DNA of 46,061 bases. Source: an uncultured Coriobacteriia bacterium. Lineage in GTDB: Bacteria; Actinomycetota; Aquicultoria; CAYWVN01. Under the pieces are notes generated by a model that saw only the letters and a list, made by a program, of their open reading frames with translations, searched no databases and had not been told where the DNA came from. The DNA lies in NCBI GenBank assembly GCA_964461725.1, contig CAYWVN010000002.1:1-46061 (forward strand). The letters run 5' to 3'. Positions 33,724 to 41,339 of this stretch are shown here, in pieces; position 1 is the first letter of the stretch, and each line of letters begins with the position of its first letter. Made by a program: the position numbers and the translations under genes.

Positions 33724-34045
33724 TCAGCCGCCCTCTCCCGTGACGCGGACCGCGCACGCGCAACCATCCTGGCGCCGGTCCGACTCTCGTCGGTTGGTGG
33801 GCACCGCAGCCTCTGCCCGACGCCGCTCATCGAAGCGGCGGTCCAGGAAGACGACAGCGTCAGGCCAATACTGGAAAGCCTCCGCTATCTTGGCGCGCAC
33901 GGGAGCGAAGTCGCGGGCGACAATCACCTTTTGCACTGAGCAATAGGGACAGGCATGGAAGTGTAGGCTCCCGCTGGTGTAGCTGGTCCGATTGCACTTT
34001 GGACACGTGTACTCTTCCGCTGTGGGTCCCCTCCTCGGCGAACAC
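33724..34045 (-). pseudogene. Small zinc-ribbon protein; N-terminal part reachable only through a +1 shift in a G-run
   Basis: The track ORF 33724..33936 (GTG) is preceded in the same frame by ...PTAEEYTCPKCNRTSYTSGSLHFHACPYCS with no start codon. GTG 34045 lies in the adjacent frame (VFAEEG...). Dropping one G of the GGGG run (plus-strand cccc at 34028-34031) joins them into MFAEEGPTAEEYTCPKCNRT... Confidence 0.45.
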
Positions 34046-34092
34046 TCAGAGTGGTGTTGACTCGTGATTATAGAACCCTTGGCCGCATTTGG

Positions 34093-35094
34093 CTAGTACT
34101 TAGCTTCCCTAAGCTCCCACCAGGCCTGCAGGCCGAGGAGGACGATTACCAACAGGATGAGCACGCCGACAGCCACATCGACAGAGAACGCGTGGAGACC
34201 CCACCGATTGTACCAGACGATATCCGCGCTCGCGTACGTGATGGCCAGCTGAACGAGGCTAAGGAGCGCCACCGTGATCCCGGTGCTGAACCGCGGGGCG
34301 GCGACCCGTGGCATCCAGAAGAAGAGGCCCGCCGTCACGACCAGCAGGAACAACCCGATTCCGCCGATGCTGATGACGAACCAGAGCGGGCTCATCCAGC
34401 TGTCGGGCCGGCCCGTCAAGCCGAAGTGGGTGGCGACGCGCGACGGCAGCGATGTGTAGTTGTAGGCCATGATCCAGACGCTGGACAGATAAAGGCCCAC
34501 CGGGATGGCCAGGTACGCGGGCGAGATGAGCGCCGGCTTGGGCACGTCGGCCGGGCTGCTCCTTTCGCCCAGGGCGCCCTTGGCCGCTACGACCGCGTGT
34601 CTCATCTCCGCCTCGAAAGCACGAGGATCGGCGGGGCTCACCAGGATCTTGCCGGCGCCGCCCCGCGTCTCGACGAGCACGGTCTCCGCGCGGTTGGTGC
34701 AGTACATGCGGAACGCGCCGAGGTCGGGTGAGGCGAAGTGGCCGATCCACCCGAACAGCCCTCCGTCGCCGAAAGTGCGCACCGTCTTCCAGCCCGCGGC
34801 ATGAGGTTGATACGACACGTGGGTGACCACATTGAGCGGGATCCGGATGGGTTTCAGCCAGTGACGCCTAATCGACAGGTGGGACGCGACGAGATCATAG
34901 GAGACAGGCGCCATCGCCCAGGTAGCGAGCACGCTGATGCCCAGGATGGTGGGCAGCGCCAGAGCGGCGGCGCCGACCAGCGGCGCCAGCGGAACTTCTG
35001 TCACCACAGAGAACGCGAAGAACGCCAGCGTCGCGTAGGTGATGATGCGCGCGTGCCCGTCCAAAGGCGCAGCCGGATGGGTCGTCACCGGCAC
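34093..35094 (-). CDS. Membrane protein with a bacterial PH-like N-terminal half and a DUF1648/SdpI-like C-terminal half
   Basis: 333 aa with several TM helices. The C-terminal YNYTSLPSRVATHFGLTGRPDSWMS resembles DUF1648. An alternative GTG start at 35088 has better SD spacing. Confidence 0.6.
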   Translation of the reverse strand: MPVTTHPAAPLDGHARIITYATLAFFAFSVVTEVPLAPLVGAAALALPTILGISVLATWAMAPVSYDLVASHLSIRRHWLKPIRIPLNVVTHVSYQPHAAGWKTVRTFGDGGLFGWIGHFASPDLGAFRMYCTNRAETVLVETRGGAGKILVSPADPRAFEAEMRHAVVAAKGALGERSSPADVPKPALISPAYLAIPVGLYLSSVWIMAYNYTSLPSRVATHFGLTGRPDSWMSPLWFVISIGGIGLFLLVVTAGLFFWMPRVAAPRFSTGITVALLSLVQLAITYASADIVWYNRWGLHAFSVDVAVGVLILLVIVLLGLQAWWELREAKY

Positions 35095-35145
35095 CTCCTC
35101 TGTCCCCCCGGCCGGGCGGTCGTCCTCGCCTCACCGGAGAAACGC

Positions 35146-35649
35146 TCAGTCCAGCGCGACGATGCGCGCCTCGAGCCCCACCCCGCCGGCACTGCCCGAT
35201 TCCAGGAGCGCCACCGTCATGTGGTCCGAGAACCGCTTGTCGGTCGGGCTGCCTGGGTTCACCATGAGCACCCCGTCTATCTCCTTGATGCCTGCCTCGT
35301 GCGAGTGCCCGTAGACGATCGCCGCCACGTCATCGAACAGCGGCCGGAGTCCCTCGGCGAGGCCCTGCGGGGCGCCCCGGCCGTGCGCCAGACCGACTCT
35401 GCAGACACCTAACTCTATAACAAGTTGCTGCGGCAGCGTCCAGCGCAGGTCCGGATGGTCCATGTTGCCGGCGACTATGTGGAGCGCCGGGCCCAGCCCG
35501 CGCAGGTACTCGACGACCTCGTGGCACACGCTGTCGCCGGCGTGCAGGATCATGTCCACCTCGGCCACGAACGGTTCGATGGCCGCCGCCAAGGCCGGAA
35601 TCTCGACCCGCGTGTTGACGTGGGTGTCGGATATGGCCAGAGCCCTCAT
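35146..35649 (-). CDS. YfcE/MJ0936-family metallophosphoesterase
   Basis: 167 aa from ATG 35649. Motifs ISDTHVN, AGDSV, GNMD and GHSH. The ATGA overlaps the TusA stop. Confidence 0.8.
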   Translation of the reverse strand: MRALAISDTHVNTRVEIPALAAAIEPFVAEVDMILHAGDSVCHEVVEYLRGLGPALHIVAGNMDHPDLRWTLPQQLVIELGVCRVGLAHGRGAPQGLAEGLRPLFDDVAAIVYGHSHEAGIKEIDGVLMVNPGSPTDKRFSDHMTVALLESGSAGGVGLEARIVALD

Positions 35650-35879
35650 TCGGAGGTTTTCCGGACGTAGGTGCGGTACTCGCCGTTCTCCTCGTCCAGC
35701 CCCAAGAACTCGTTGCCCGTCGCTTTCGCCCAGGCCGGCATGTCGGTCTTGATGCCCTCGTCGTCGGCCACCACCTCGAGCACCTGGCCGACCTTGAGCT
35801 CCTTCATCTTCTGGCTGGTCTTGACGATCGGCATCGGGCAGTAGAGCCCGGTGCAATCGAGCGACACATCAGCCTCCAT
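35646..35879 (-). CDS. tusA: TusA/SirA-family sulfurtransferase
   Basis: MEADVSLDCTGLYCPMPIVKTSQKMKELKVGQVLEVVADD contains the conserved CPMP cysteine motif. The likely start is Met at 35879. Confidence 0.85.
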   Translation of the reverse strand: MEADVSLDCTGLYCPMPIVKTSQKMKELKVGQVLEVVADDEGIKTDMPAWAKATGNEFLGLDEENGEYRTYVRKTSE

Positions 35880-35897
35880 CGGCAACTCCTCTCGCAA

Positions 35898-36383
35898 TCA
35901 GATGAACAGCGCGAGCTTGCTTTCGCGCGCTTCTTGGACGAACGTGGCCGCGCCCACGTAGCCGTCGACCCCCGGGATGAGGTCCTCTTTCGATATGGCC
36001 ATGATGCCCAGAGTGGTCGTGCAGGCGTAGAACTCGACGCCCATCTCCTTGGCCAGCTTGATGGCCTCGGGGATTCCCAGGACGTTCTTTTCCTTCATCA
36101 TCTTCTTCATCATCCAGGTGCCCATGCCCGCCATGTGGAATTTGGAGAGGTGCAGGCGGCTCACCCCGCCGCGATTGAGCATGTTGAGCATGTTGCGCAT
36201 CAGGCCCTTGGACTTGATGCGCCCCCGGTCCTTTTTCAGCACGTTCAGCCCCCAGAACGTGAAGTACATCTTGACCGGCATTCCCATCGCGGCCGCCGCC
36301 AGCGCGATGTTGAAGCAGGCGATGACCTTGTCCAGGTCGCCGCTGAAGACGACGATGGTCGCCTTGTCCTGTTGCTCGATCAT
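35898..36383 (-). CDS. DsrE/DsrF-like (DrsE_2) family protein
   Basis: 161 aa from ATG 36383 (SD GGGAGG). MIEQQDKATIVVFSGDLDKVIACFNIALAAAAMGMPVKMYFTFWGLNVL is typical. The longer track ORF to 36743 is an Arg/Ala-rich GC artefact. Confidence 0.8.
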   Translation of the reverse strand: MIEQQDKATIVVFSGDLDKVIACFNIALAAAAMGMPVKMYFTFWGLNVLKKDRGRIKSKGLMRNMLNMLNRGGVSRLHLSKFHMAGMGTWMMKKMMKEKNVLGIPEAIKLAKEMGVEFYACTTTLGIMAISKEDLIPGVDGYVGAATFVQEARESKLALFI

Positions 36384-36453
36384 GTGACACCACCTCCCGC
36401 GCGCCGGCTTCCGGCGCGTTTGCTGCCCTATCCACTGCCCGTCTGCTACCCGG

Positions 36454-37071
36454 CTACTCCCCGGCCGGCTGCTCGCCACTCGAGCTTCCGCCCGGCGCCG
36501 CGATCTCGGCGCCGCAGCTCGGGCAGTGCGTGGCACCCATCTTGACGGGCTTCTCGCAGCTCGGGCACCGTCCGATCTCCTTGCCGCACGTCCGACATAT
36601 GGGCAGGGCCATCTCCGTGGCCCCCTCGCAGTACGGGCAACTGCAGCCTGTCTCCACTTCCGCCTCCTTCTTGGGTCCGCCGGCGGCCGCTGGTTCGGCG
36701 CCGCGCCGGCTCTCGTAGTCCTCGATGGCCTTGTGCAATGCATCCGCGCCCAGGTTCGAGCAGTGCATCTTGTTGGGCGGCAGACCCATCAGCTCCTTGG
36801 CCACCTGGGCGTTCGTTATTCTTTTGGCTTCCTCCACCGTCTTGCCCTTGGCGAGCTCGCTGACCATGCTGGAGACCGCGATAGCGGCGCCGCAACCGAA
36901 CGTCTGGAACTTCACGTGATCGATGCGGCCGTCCGCCACCTTGATGTAGAAGGTCATCATGTCGCCACAAACGGGGTTGCCCACCTCCCCGATGCCGTCG
37001 GCGTCCCCTATCACCCCGACGTTGCGCGGGTTCCGGAAGTGCTCCATTACCACGTCACTGTAGAGCGGCAT
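36454..37071 (-). CDS. nifU: IscU/NifU-type Fe-S scaffold with a C-terminal double zinc-ribbon extension
   Basis: The scaffold cysteines are in NPVCGDMM, FGCGAAIA and MHCSNLG. The C-terminal 70 aa carry CSCPYC, CRTC, CPSC and CPSC pairs. Confidence 0.9.
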   Translation of the reverse strand: MPLYSDVVMEHFRNPRNVGVIGDADGIGEVGNPVCGDMMTFYIKVADGRIDHVKFQTFGCGAAIAVSSMVSELAKGKTVEEAKRITNAQVAKELMGLPPNKMHCSNLGADALHKAIEDYESRRGAEPAAAGGPKKEAEVETGCSCPYCEGATEMALPICRTCGKEIGRCPSCEKPVKMGATHCPSCGAEIAAPGGSSSGEQPAGE

Positions 37072-37107
37072 CCACTCAACACCTCCTCCGGCCCGCCCTC
37101 AGCGGGC

Positions 37108-38295
37108 CTATCGGTTCTGCTCGTTGATGAACTGCGTGTACAAAGGAGACATGCTCCTCAGGCGCTCTACCACCGGAGGCATCGCCTCGAGCACGTGCGT
37201 TATGTCCTCGTCCGCGTTGTCTCGCCCTAGGCCGAAGACCACCGAACCCTGGGCGATCTCGTGCGATATGCCCATCGCGATCAGCACATGCGACGCCTTA
37301 AGCGCGCGCGAGGTGCAGGCCGAACCCGATGAGACCGCGATTCCCTCGTCCGCCAGGAACATCAGCATGGATTCGCCCTCGATGAAGCGCACGCAGAAGC
37401 TGGCGTGCCCGGGCAGGCGGGCCTCACGCGAGCCCGTGACCGTCGTATGAAAGATAGCGGCCGGCAGGCTGTCCAGCAGCCGGTCACGCAGAGGTCGCAG
37501 ATGGGACGTCCGCTCCGCCATCTCGGCTTTCGCCAGCTCGGCCGCCTTGCCCAGCCCCACTATGCCCGGAACGTTCTCCGTCCCGGCCCGGCGACCGCCC
37601 TCCTGGATACCGCCGTCGAGCTGGGGCTGGAGGCGGACCCCTCTGCTCAGGAAGAGCGCTCCTGAGCCCTTGGGCCCGTAGAACATGTTGCCGGCCAGCG
37701 ACAGGGCATCGACGCCCAGCTCCCGCACGTCTACGGGGATGGTGCCCGCCGCCCCGACGGCGTCGGTGTGCACGATGACCGCCTCGTCTTTGGCCTTGAC
37801 CGCTTTCGCGATCTCAGCCACCGGTTCGACAGTTCCCACCTCGGTGTTCGCGTGCATCACCGACACCAACACGGTGTCCTCCCGGACGGATTTGGCAACG
37901 TCATCCGGCAGAACGAGGCCGGAGGAATCGACCGGCACCTCGGTCACCTCGAAGCCGAGTTTCCCTAGCGACTTGCCTGAGTGGAGCACCGAGAAGTGCT
38001 CGATGGCGGACACGACGATGTGTTTCCCGCGCTTCTGGTTGGCCATCGCCAGGCCCTTCAACGCCAGGTTGTTGGCCTCGCTCCCGTTGGACGTGAAGAT
38101 GACCTCCTCTGGGGAGCAGCCTATCAGCCCGGCGACGCGTCCCCGGGCGGTCTCGAGCGCGTCACGAGGGGCATCGCCCCAGCCGTGGAGGCTGCTCGGG
38201 TTGCCGAAGTGCTCCTCCAGGTAGGGCAGCATCTCCGCCAGCACATCCGGGTGCAGCGGGGTGCCGGCCGTGTTGTCCAGATACGCTATGTCCAT
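37108..38295 (-). CDS. nifS: NifS/IscS-like class V aminotransferase-fold protein lacking the PLP-binding His-Lys
   Basis: 395 aa, colinear with IscS. The active-site loop SSGSACTS is retained, but the expected S(G/A)HK(I/F)YGPKG reads AGNMFYGPKG (AAC ATG at 37684-37689). Confidence 0.85.
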   Translation of the reverse strand: MDIAYLDNTAGTPLHPDVLAEMLPYLEEHFGNPSSLHGWGDAPRDALETARGRVAGLIGCSPEEVIFTSNGSEANNLALKGLAMANQKRGKHIVVSAIEHFSVLHSGKSLGKLGFEVTEVPVDSSGLVLPDDVAKSVREDTVLVSVMHANTEVGTVEPVAEIAKAVKAKDEAVIVHTDAVGAAGTIPVDVRELGVDALSLAGNMFYGPKGSGALFLSRGVRLQPQLDGGIQEGGRRAGTENVPGIVGLGKAAELAKAEMAERTSHLRPLRDRLLDSLPAAIFHTTVTGSREARLPGHASFCVRFIEGESMLMFLADEGIAVSSGSACTSRALKASHVLIAMGISHEIAQGSVVFGLGRDNADEDITHVLEAMPPVVERLRSMSPLYTQFINEQNR

Positions 38296-38918
38296 GGTGT
38301 CCCCTCGGCCACGACCTTGAGCTTCTCCGCGAGCTTGCGGCCGCTCTCGTATGCGTCGGCGAGCGCGCTCGGGTGCTTCTCAATCGCCCCCTTTGCGTCT
38401 ACGCCCTCGTAGAACAGGTCGCCTTCATAGGTCACGTTGACCACAGCGAAGAAGATACGGACCAGCTTCCTTGCCGCCTCGAATTAGTCCTGCCGCTACA
38501 TGCCGCCTACGCAAAGGAACAGCCGAAGACGCCGGGACTTGCCCCCATCGGCCACAATCGGCATCGTCAGCAGGTCCTTGTACACCCACAAGCTCTGGAA
38601 GCGGTCAATCATGCCTTTGACCTGGGCGGGCAGGCTACCGAAGAAGATGGGTGACGCTATGATGAGGCCGTCGGCCCGGCGCACGGCGTCGTAGACACGC
38701 TCACCGTCGTCCTCGTATGTACACGCACCTGTCTCATCGCAGCCCGCGCAGTCCTGACAAGGAAGGATGTCCATCTCGTTCAGGATGAGCGTCTCCGTCT
38801 CGGCACCCGCTGCCCGGGCGCCTTCGAGGGCCCGGTCGAGGAGGAGCTCAGCGTTCCCCCCGCGCCGCGGGCTACCCAACACTCCCACCACAAACACCGC
38901 TATCCCTCCGTTCTCCAC
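38286..38918 (-). pseudogene. Iron-sulfur flavoprotein (Isf-like, NADPH-dependent FMN reductase fold) interrupted by two in-frame stops
   Basis: N-terminus (V)FVVGVLGSPRRGGN plus the compact cluster motif CQDCAGCDETGAC. The frame reads ...LFLCVGGM-TAG-RQD-TAA-FEAARKLVRIFFAVVNVTYEGDLFYEGVDAKGAIEKHPSALADAYESGRKLAEKLKVVAEGTPWT*, ending in an overlap with the nifS ATG. The likely start is GTG 38897 (SD GGAGGG). Confidence 0.8.
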
Positions 38919-38928
38919 ACGTGTAGCC

Positions 38929-38976
38929 GGTCGCCCGGTCGGTCGCCCGGTCGGTCGCCCGGTCGATCGCCGGACC
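38929..38976. repeat. 12-nt tandem repeat ggtcgcccggtc x3 plus one degenerate unit, just upstream of the Isf-like gene
   Basis: 38929-38940, 38941-38952 and 38953-38964 are identical. 38965-38976 is gatcgccggacc. Confidence 0.8.
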
Positions 38977-39263
38977 GGCCGTACGGCAGGGCTCCCACCA
39001 GAGAGTTCGCCGGCCCGTCCGCCGTATCCTGCCGGCAGCGGCTCCGCTTGTCCTCACGCCCGCCGCCCGACGCGTATCGTTGTGGCTACCTAGCTGCGAA
39101 AACATGCCGTTGGACGAACGTCCTCTACCGAGAACATACAACGTGGCCCGCCGGCCTGTCAGCGGACTTAACCAACCGCCGACAATTTCTACATGAAATT
39201 CTCACAGTTTCGCGCTACAATAGGGTCAGTCTCACGGACACCACCTGGCGTGCTAGTGCCTCA

Positions 39264-39346
39264 GCCGCCGCGTACCGTGGGGCTACGCGGCGGCGGTTGC
39301 CGACAAGAAGTTGACCCGCAACGGAAACCGCCGCTGCACCCTTTTT
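39264..39346 (+). promoter_or_regulatory. trpF leader with mutually exclusive hairpins (antiterminator/terminator-like) and a U-tract
   Basis: Hairpin 1 is 39264-39274/39284-39294 (gccgccgcgta/tacgcggcggc, 11 bp). Hairpin 2 is 39287-39298/39326-39337 (12 bp including one G-U), followed by TTTTT at 39342-39346. The 3' arm of hairpin 1 overlaps the 5' arm of hairpin 2. An AT-rich block with TACAAT (39216-39221) lies upstream. Confidence 0.45.
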
Positions 39347-39398
39347 CTGGGCTTTCACCTGGACCTCGTGGTCGGCTCGTTGCGATCCGGGAGCGCCC

Positions 39399-40079
39399 AT
39401 GGAACCGACGACCGATCCCATGGTCAAGATCTGCGGCCTCACTGCCGTTGAGGACGCGGAGTTCGCCTGCCGAACCGGCGCCGACTTCATCGGCGTGATC
39501 GTGGACACTCCCGAATCGCCGCGCAGCGTGGATGCCGATACGGCGCGCCGGGTCATCGCGGCCGCACAGTGCCCCGCCGTCGTCCTCACCTGCGACCTAT
39601 CGGCTTCAGCAGCCGAAACGCTCGCCCGCGCGCTCGAACCGTTCGCGATGCAGCTGGCCGGCGATGAGGACATGGACACCGTTGGCGAGCTCACGCGGGG
39701 CGGGATACGTGTGTGGAAGTCCCTGCACGTGCGGCCTGACGAGACCGCGTCTGCCCTGCCCGCACTCCTGACGCAGGCCGAGGCCTATGTCGCCGCCGGG
39801 GCGGATACCATCGTCCTAGACACCGCGGTACTGGCCGGCGGGGTCAAGCGTCACGGCGGCACCGGCCGCACCCACGACTGGGACCTTGCCCGGGAGGTTA
39901 TCGCTCAGACGCGCGTGCCCGTGCTCGTGGCCGGCGGCATCACGCCCGAGAACGCCGCCCGGGCGCTCGCCGCGACAGGGGCTTGGGGAGTCGACGTCTC
40001 GAGCGGAGTGGAGCTTTCCCCGGGCCACAAGGACCCCGGCAAGATCAGCGCGCTCATCGAGGCCGTGCGAGGGCGCTAG
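39399..40079 (+). CDS. trpF: Phosphoribosylanthranilate isomerase
   Basis: 226 aa. VKICGLT, ADFIGVI, LQLAGDE-like, HGGTGRTHDW and VLVAGGITPENA are typical TrpF segments. Confidence 0.9.
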   Translation: MEPTTDPMVKICGLTAVEDAEFACRTGADFIGVIVDTPESPRSVDADTARRVIAAAQCPAVVLTCDLSASAAETLARALEPFAMQLAGDEDMDTVGELTRGGIRVWKSLHVRPDETASALPALLTQAEAYVAAGADTIVLDTAVLAGGVKRHGGTGRTHDWDLAREVIAQTRVPVLVAGGITPENAARALAATGAWGVDVSSGVELSPGHKDPGKISALIEAVRGR

Positions 40080-41339
40080 CTACTCCGGCACGTTGTACTC
40101 GCGCGACAGGCTCTCAGCCAGTATCTCGGCCTTGCGCACCTGCTCATAGGGGAATGAGCCGGTCGCCAGCACATAATGCGGGGGTTTGCGGTCGTACTCC
40201 AGGCCGAACTCGGCCGCCCGATCCCGGAGCGCTGTGCCGGGCAGCACGTGCAGCGTGGAGAAGACGAGGGTAGTGGGCCTCAAGCCCGCGATGAACCGCA
40301 CCGAGTCCGCGAAGCGGAACATATTGTCCTCAGGAAGACCGATCATGAGATCGCAGAGCACGTGGATGCCCTGCACCTTCAAGAGCCTGATGCCTTCCGT
40401 GAACTTCTCGCGGTCGAAGTAGCGGTTGACGCACTCGAGCGAGACCTCGTTTCCGCTCTGCGGCCCGGTCTCCACGCTGACCACGCCGGCTTCCTTCAGC
40501 AGCCGGGCGGTCTCCTCGTCGATGAGTTCCGTCATCACCTCGACAGTGTGCAGCCAGGTGTTGTTCACGCGCGTCAGATGCAGCATCTTGGCCAACGCTT
40601 TCGTCTTGTCCTTCTTCAGGTTGAAGACGGGGTCGATGAAGGAGAAGCTCTGGACCTCCGGCGAGCGGGCGATGAGCTCGATCTCCGCCTTGGTCCGCTC
40701 CTCTGAGAAGTGGCGCAGCTTTGGGTAGTCCTTGCCCTCGTAGCAGTACGCGCAGTTGTAGGGGCAGCCGCGGTAGGTCTCCAGGTAGGTCGCGTGGTCG
40801 CGAAGCGCGATGGCCCCCGTGAGCCACGGCGACGGTATCTCGTCCAGCGGGTCGATCAGCGCGCGGTCCGGCGTGCTCCTGGGGCCCTCTTTGCCTTGAT
40901 AGGTGATTCCCTCGATCTCCCAAAGGCGCCCTTGCCCCGTGGCGTAGTGACGCAGGAGTTCGGCGAACGTCGCCTCGCCCTCGCCACGGACGACGACATC
41001 GACGGCCGGGTTCTCGGCCAGCCACTGTTCGGCCACAGGGCCGACCTCGGGACCGCCTGCGACGATCTTGGTGTCCGGCCGGACCTGCCTGGTGAGCCGC
41101 GCCAGGTCGCTCATCTTCTCGCCGCTCCAGCAATAGACGGAGAGACCGATGACGTCCGGGTTCATCTTGGCGAAGTAGTAGACGATCTGGGCAACGTCGT
41201 TGCAGTCCACGCAGAAGTCCATCGTCTCGATGCTGTACATGGCGTCTGCGCCCTCATCTTTCAGCGCGTAGGCCTTGAGGTACCCAAGAGAGAGCGACAC
41301 GTACCCATGTTGGTTGAATGACAAGAGGAGGACGTTCAC
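40080..41339 (-). CDS. B12-binding-domain radical SAM protein (class B-like)
   Basis: 419 aa from GTG 41339, with a GTGA overlap with the upstream stop. The N-terminal Rossmann-like region is VNVLLLSFNQ...DVIGLSVY. The radical SAM motif is YRGCPYNCAYCYEG. Confidence 0.8.
   Translation of the reverse strand: MNVLLLSFNQHGYVSLSLGYLKAYALKDEGADAMYSIETMDFCVDCNDVAQIVYYFAKMNPDVIGLSVYCWSGEKMSDLARLTRQVRPDTKIVAGGPEVGPVAEQWLAENPAVDVVVRGEGEATFAELLRHYATGQGRLWEIEGITYQGKEGPRSTPDRALIDPLDEIPSPWLTGAIALRDHATYLETYRGCPYNCAYCYEGKDYPKLRHFSEERTKAEIELIARSPEVQSFSFIDPVFNLKKDKTKALAKMLHLTRVNNTWLHTVEVMTELIDEETARLLKEAGVVSVETGPQSGNEVSLECVNRYFDREKFTEGIRLLKVQGIHVLCDLMIGLPEDNMFRFADSVRFIAGLRPTTLVFSTLHVLPGTALRDRAAEFGLEYDRKPPHYVLATGSFPYEQVRKAEILAESLSREYNVPE

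Noticed and set aside
38929-38976. Possible CRISPR array or minisatellite.
   Set aside because: The units are only 12 nt long and directly abut one another with no spacers. There are only 3-4 copies and no cas genes.
39225-39398. T-box riboswitch or Trp leader-peptide attenuator for trpF.
   Set aside because: There is no recognisable T-box sequence (GGUGGNACCGCG) or specifier loop. There is also no short ORF with tandem Trp codons. Only the alternative hairpins are supported.
39193-39694. Track ORFs 39193..39498 (+) and 39215..39694 (-) in the trpF leader and 5' region.
   Set aside because: They overlap the well-supported trpF frame or run through the structured leader, and they show Pro/Arg/Ala-rich artefact composition.
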